A stretch of 64,000 nt of DNA from NCBI RefSeq assembly GCF_018977255.1, contig NW_024704743.1, forward strand, positions 84,942,001 to 85,006,000, written 5' to 3'. Positions 59,351 through 64,000 of the stretch are shown one piece after another. Every line of letters begins with the position of its first letter. Positions within the stretch are counted from its first letter, which is position 1. Under the pieces are notes generated by a model that made no database searches, had not been told where the DNA came from, and worked only from the letters and a program-made list of their open reading frames with translations. A program made the translations under genes and the position numbers. The stretch is from Callorhinchus milii. Lineage: Eukaryota.

Positions 59351-60740
59351 ATCTCTACTCCCAAACTATCACCCCATCTCCAACCTCCCTTTTCAATCCA
59401 AGGTCCTGGAACGAGTTGTTGCTTCTCAGCTTCGCTTTTTCCTCTCCTGCCACTTCCTTGTCAAACCCCTCCAATTGGGTTTCCGTGACACCCACAGCAC
59501 AGAAACAGCCCTGGTCAAAGTGACAAATGATGTTCTGTCCATCTGCGACCAGGGCTCCCTCTGCCTCCTCATCCTCCTTGACCTCTCTGCTGCCTTTGAC
59601 ACCATCAACCACTTTATCCTCATCCACCGCCTCTCCTCTCACCTCAGCCTTCATGGCTCTGTCCTTGAATTGTTCAGATCGGACCTCTCACACCGCCTCC
59701 ACTTCATTTCCACAAACGGCTTCTCCTCTAGTCTCCGGACCATCTCGTGTAGCATTCCTCAGGGCTCTGCCCTTGGTCCCCTCCTCTTCAATATCTATAT
59801 GCTCCCTCTTAGTGACATCATCCACAGACATGGAGTCAACTTCCACATGTATGCGCATGACACCCAACTCTACCTCTCTGCCTCCATCCTTGACTCCAGA
59901 ACCACTGCTGTGCTGAAAAAATGTCTGTCAGACATCAAATCCTGGATGAGAGCTAACTTTCTTCAGTTGAACGTCAACAAGACCGAGGCTCTCCTGATTG
60001 GCTCCCGTCAGCGCCTCCGCACCTCAGGCGCTGACAACATCACCATCCATGGTTGCACACTCCACCTCACTGAGCCAGTCCGGAAGCTTGGGGTCTTGAT
60101 TGACCCTCAACTATCCTTTCTACTCAACATCTGCGCCATGACCCGCTCTGCCTTCCCCCACCTCTGCAACATCGCCCGGCTCCGCCACTGTCTCACACCG
60201 CAGGCCGCCGAAACCCTTATACATGCTTTCATTACATCGAGGCTCGACTATGCAAACTCATTGCTTGTCGGCCTCCCCAACTCCTCCGTCCATAGGCTGC
60301 AGATCATTTCAAGATCAAGATCAGTTCAAGATCCTGGTCCTCACCTTCAAAACCCGCCATGGTCTTGCTCCCCCCTACTTCTGCAACATCCTAACCCCCT
60401 ACCATCCTGCTTGCTCCATCCGCTCAGCGGGCTCCGGCCTGCTTCATGTGTCCCACCTCACTCACCCCACTATTGAGGGACTGACCTTCAGCCACTTTGT
60501 CCCAACCCTCTGGAATTCCATCCCACAGTTACTCCACCTCGCCCTCCTCCCTTGCCACCTTCAAGACCCCTCTCAAGATCCTCGTCTTCAACCGTGCTTT
60601 CGATCTCCCTGCTTCCCCCCTGCCCTTCACCCTCCCCGATCCCGACCAGCAGCTCGGGTCCGAAATTCTGTCTGTCCAGTGCCTTGGGACGTCTTCCCGA
60701 CATGAAAGGCGCTTTACAAATGTAATTTTGTTGTTGTATT
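59351..60740 (+). mobile_element. L2 LINE, 5'-truncated, RT domain to 3' tail
   Basis: ORF 59292..60476 contains NYHPISNLPF, HSTETAL, LLDLSAAFDT, IPQGSALGPLLF, YAHD (YADD mutated), LNVNKTE and SRLDYAN. Tail is ccttgggacgtcttcccgacatgaaaggcgctttacaaatgtaat(ttg)n. Confidence 0.95.
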
Positions 60741-62967
60741 GTCTCTCTTAAAAACGGCTTTTGAAAAAGAAACTTGTTTATTTCATCTTGAGAATGAAGT
60801 GCAGACAACCTTTGATCAATAAAGATAACTAAGGATTAAAAATAAAACGATCTTAAAATCCAGTAAGAGGGAAGTAGATGGTGAAAAGCCTGTGGAATAG
60901 AATTTAAATCCTATAAGTGATTATCCTGATAACTCACGAGCCACTTTCTGACTGAGGAGCCAGAGACAGCATGCATTTTAGATAAATACCCTTATTAATG
61001 CTACTATTTTAGCATCATGAATCAACATGAATTTGCGATATCAACTAGGATTGAGGCAGGTAATAGCAAAGTCCGCCTTGGGATGATTATCTCGCCAGGA
61101 AATTGATTTGTACCATTGCAATATAAATGCTGATGGTGCAAATTGATTAATCCTTCTGTCAAAATTAGCCCCTTAAAACTGGAAAGGGAGTAGAAAGCAG
61201 CTCACACTGACAACATTAACATTGAAAAACAAACTTGTGTTCAGTGCTAATGAGCAGAGCTCTGCACATGCATTTATAAGTTTAAAATTTAATAGGAGCA
61301 CAGTTAAAGCCACTGTCTTTTTATCCAATTAACAAATACTAAGTTGTAATACTGTAGCTTTGAGTATCCGTCTTTGTTTAGCTTTCATCAGAAATCAATT
61401 CTGAAAAGCATTCTGGTTGAGAAGCCTATTTATTATCTTAAAGCTGTTGGTTTCACAACTATGATTGCATATCATTTTTCTGAATATTTTCACTTGTATG
61501 TTTAGTGGCATTGCATAATTGCACCTTTTTATTATACACTCGCATGAAATTATATTCTAATTCTGATGACATGGACTCAATGAGTTGATGGATTTTAGTG
61601 CTGGGGAATGGAGCACGTTTCGACTTTGGGCGGTCAGTGTCAGAATCAAGCACTCCCAGGCCAGTTATAGCGTGGCCTAGATAAAGCCCTCACTTCCTGT
61701 GACAGTGTCAATTTTTCCATTTTCCAAAACTATTTTATAGCCGTTTTGAGCAAGAATGGCAATTTAGTGACCAATTGTGGGCAGGTTTCTGAATTGAATC
61801 CACACCCACTGGAAGCACAGGCTTAATTTCACACAAGATCCATACAGACAACAGATCTTTCATCCGTTAGCCTTGATTATATTTGAGTCAGAGAACTGAA
61901 TGTACAATTCTCCATTTCTACTGTATCAACCATATTCTTCCTCAATCATTCCTGCTTCAGTGCAAATTTGGAATAAAGTAGAAGAAACTATTAAATTTTA
62001 GACGTTAAAGACAAGTGATCAGTTCTAATAAAGCAAGACATTCTGTTGTGAGTTTAATAAAAGCCCTTTTTTTGTCCAGTGTTGGGCTCCAATCACCCCC
62101 TTCCTCACTCAACTCCATTGGCTCCCCAACTCCCAGCAGATCAAGTTCAAGATCCTTGTCCACACCTTTAAATCCCTCCACAGTCTCACTCCATGTTACC
62201 TTTGCAACCTTAAACCCTACCAACCTGACTGCTTCCTCATGGAGATGCTTGGGTATGAAGGGATTTATAAGTGAGTGTGAGAACCCTGAAAGTATCAATT
62301 GTAATAATAATACAAACACGGTGAAATCTTCCTGATCATATCACAGTTTTCTTAAAAAAGCACTTTTGCTTAAGAGGCTAATAGTACAATCATACCAAGA
62401 ACAATCTGGCTTCTAAATCTGCATAATTCGGTTGTATAAAAGATTCACCTTAGGTAACACTCATGATACAAGCCCAAGGCCATTGCCTTGACAGTAGGGG
62501 GACTAAGCAGACTGCAGCTGTGTATTTCCACCCACCTGCAGCCTGACCCCAGGTCACTGGCTACCCTTGGGACAGTGACAGACAGAGTATGGGCATGTTC
62601 GCTATCATGCCTGCCAATTCTGTCACTCCAATCGATGTGCAGCGAGGTTGGATTTGGTTTGTTTGGTGGTGCACTGGAGCAAGTCTTTACACAGATCCAA
62701 TAAAAGTTACATTGGAAAATAAAGTACCTCTAACCATTACTGGCAAATTGTTGGGCTGCTGATGTAATCTTTTTAGAAAATTATTTGTAGTTTTTTTTTT
62801 GATGGGGGTAGAGGGGAGAGGATAAGCTTGGCTTGAACATTTTTTTCTAATCAAATGCCACTGAATTCCACCAGTTCCTGTTAATTACAGAGTCAGGAAC
62901 TAGGGGTGAAGAACGCAGGTCAGTTGGATTTACGTATGAAATAAATGGTTGCAGAGAGATTAGACTC

Positions 62968-63097
<130 letters not shown>

Positions 63098-64000
63098 TCT
63101 ACAAATCACCACCGGAAAATACTAACACAACTTTTAGCTGTGTTAGTGTAATCATCAAGTACTGACATTTCCAGACTCCAGTTTTTTTTTAAGTAAATAA
63201 TTTTATTGACCAGGATTGGGCTGGTTTATTTTCAGACTATGGTCCTGCTATACTGACCATTTTGTTTAAGGCGTTTAGCTCTGTTTGGGAGAAGTGTTGC
63301 ATCTTTTGCAACTGACACCTGATGGGGCATAAAGGCATTGTATCCTTCTAATTGCAACCCAAGTATCCATTCAATCAGCTAACTGCCAAGAAACTGTATG
63401 TCTCTTACATAGAGGTCAATAATGAACAGTTGCCTGTCCTTGTACTTAAACAAGAAATCTCAGTATCAGGTAGAAATCAAACCAACGCAAATAACTTTGA
63501 ACTTTATTTCACCTAATTTTTTAAAAAAATGCTTTTATGTATAATTTAAATTTAGCTTGCTACTCGGCTCTGTAATTCCTCCAAGCGACTATCGTAATGA
63601 TGTTACTGTATTAATCCTAATTATTTAATACAAATGTTCAAAGGCATCAGAAATAGGCTAAAAATAAATCAAAAGAATGTTAAGCTAACGAAAGTCTTTT
63701 TGAACAAAGTCTTTTTGAAAAGGAGTTCCCTTTTTAAAGTGAACTTGTGAAAGAGTGTTTGTGAAAGTGAGGAAACATAATTCAAAGAACACTATTAAAA
63801 CACAACAACAATTTAGATTTATAGAGCACCTTACACTTAGAAAGACCATCTCAAAGAGCTTCAAAAGACTAAGTGCATGATGAATGTAATCCAGAAATCA
63901 AGAAAAATAAAATCACTGTTAATTTAATTGATATTTCAGAAAAATATCTAGTTTAGAAAACCAAATAAAGTGCTTGAAGACAATTAGTAGAATTGAAACA

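Noticed and set aside
59292..60476. 394-aa ORF as an active or domesticated reverse transcriptase
   Set aside because: It is a 5'-truncated L2 with catalytic YADD changed to YAHD, an N-terminus drawn from a TTA repeat, and a frameshifted C-terminus.

Overview
Vertebrate genomic DNA, very likely from a cartilaginous fish. The basis is the repeat landscape (CR1, L2, Deu-type tRNA-SINEs, Penelope-like ends) and the protein divergence; a holocephalan origin is possible but not established. The window lies inside one + strand gene, NFATC1. It holds three coding exons with canonical AG/GT ends and matching phases: 14294-14349, 15736-15868 and 27603-28301, equivalent to human exons 7, 8 and 9. Exon 6 and the terminal exon were not found. 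The rest is intron dense in retroelement relics: a ~4.1 kb decayed CR1, several L2 pieces, at least three tiers of tRNA-SINEs, Penelope-like ends, MITE-like hairpins and microsatellites. No new protein-coding system is evident. The most interesting signals are: (1) NFATC1 isoform architecture, with a short-isoform-like read-through after exon 8 and a different internal donor pattern in exon 9; (2) modular SINE evolution with 3' tails matching the local L2; (3) a hammerhead-ribozyme relic; (4) several templated or nested insertion footprints. Repeat family names and human comparisons are from recollection, not database searches, and repeat boundaries are approximate.
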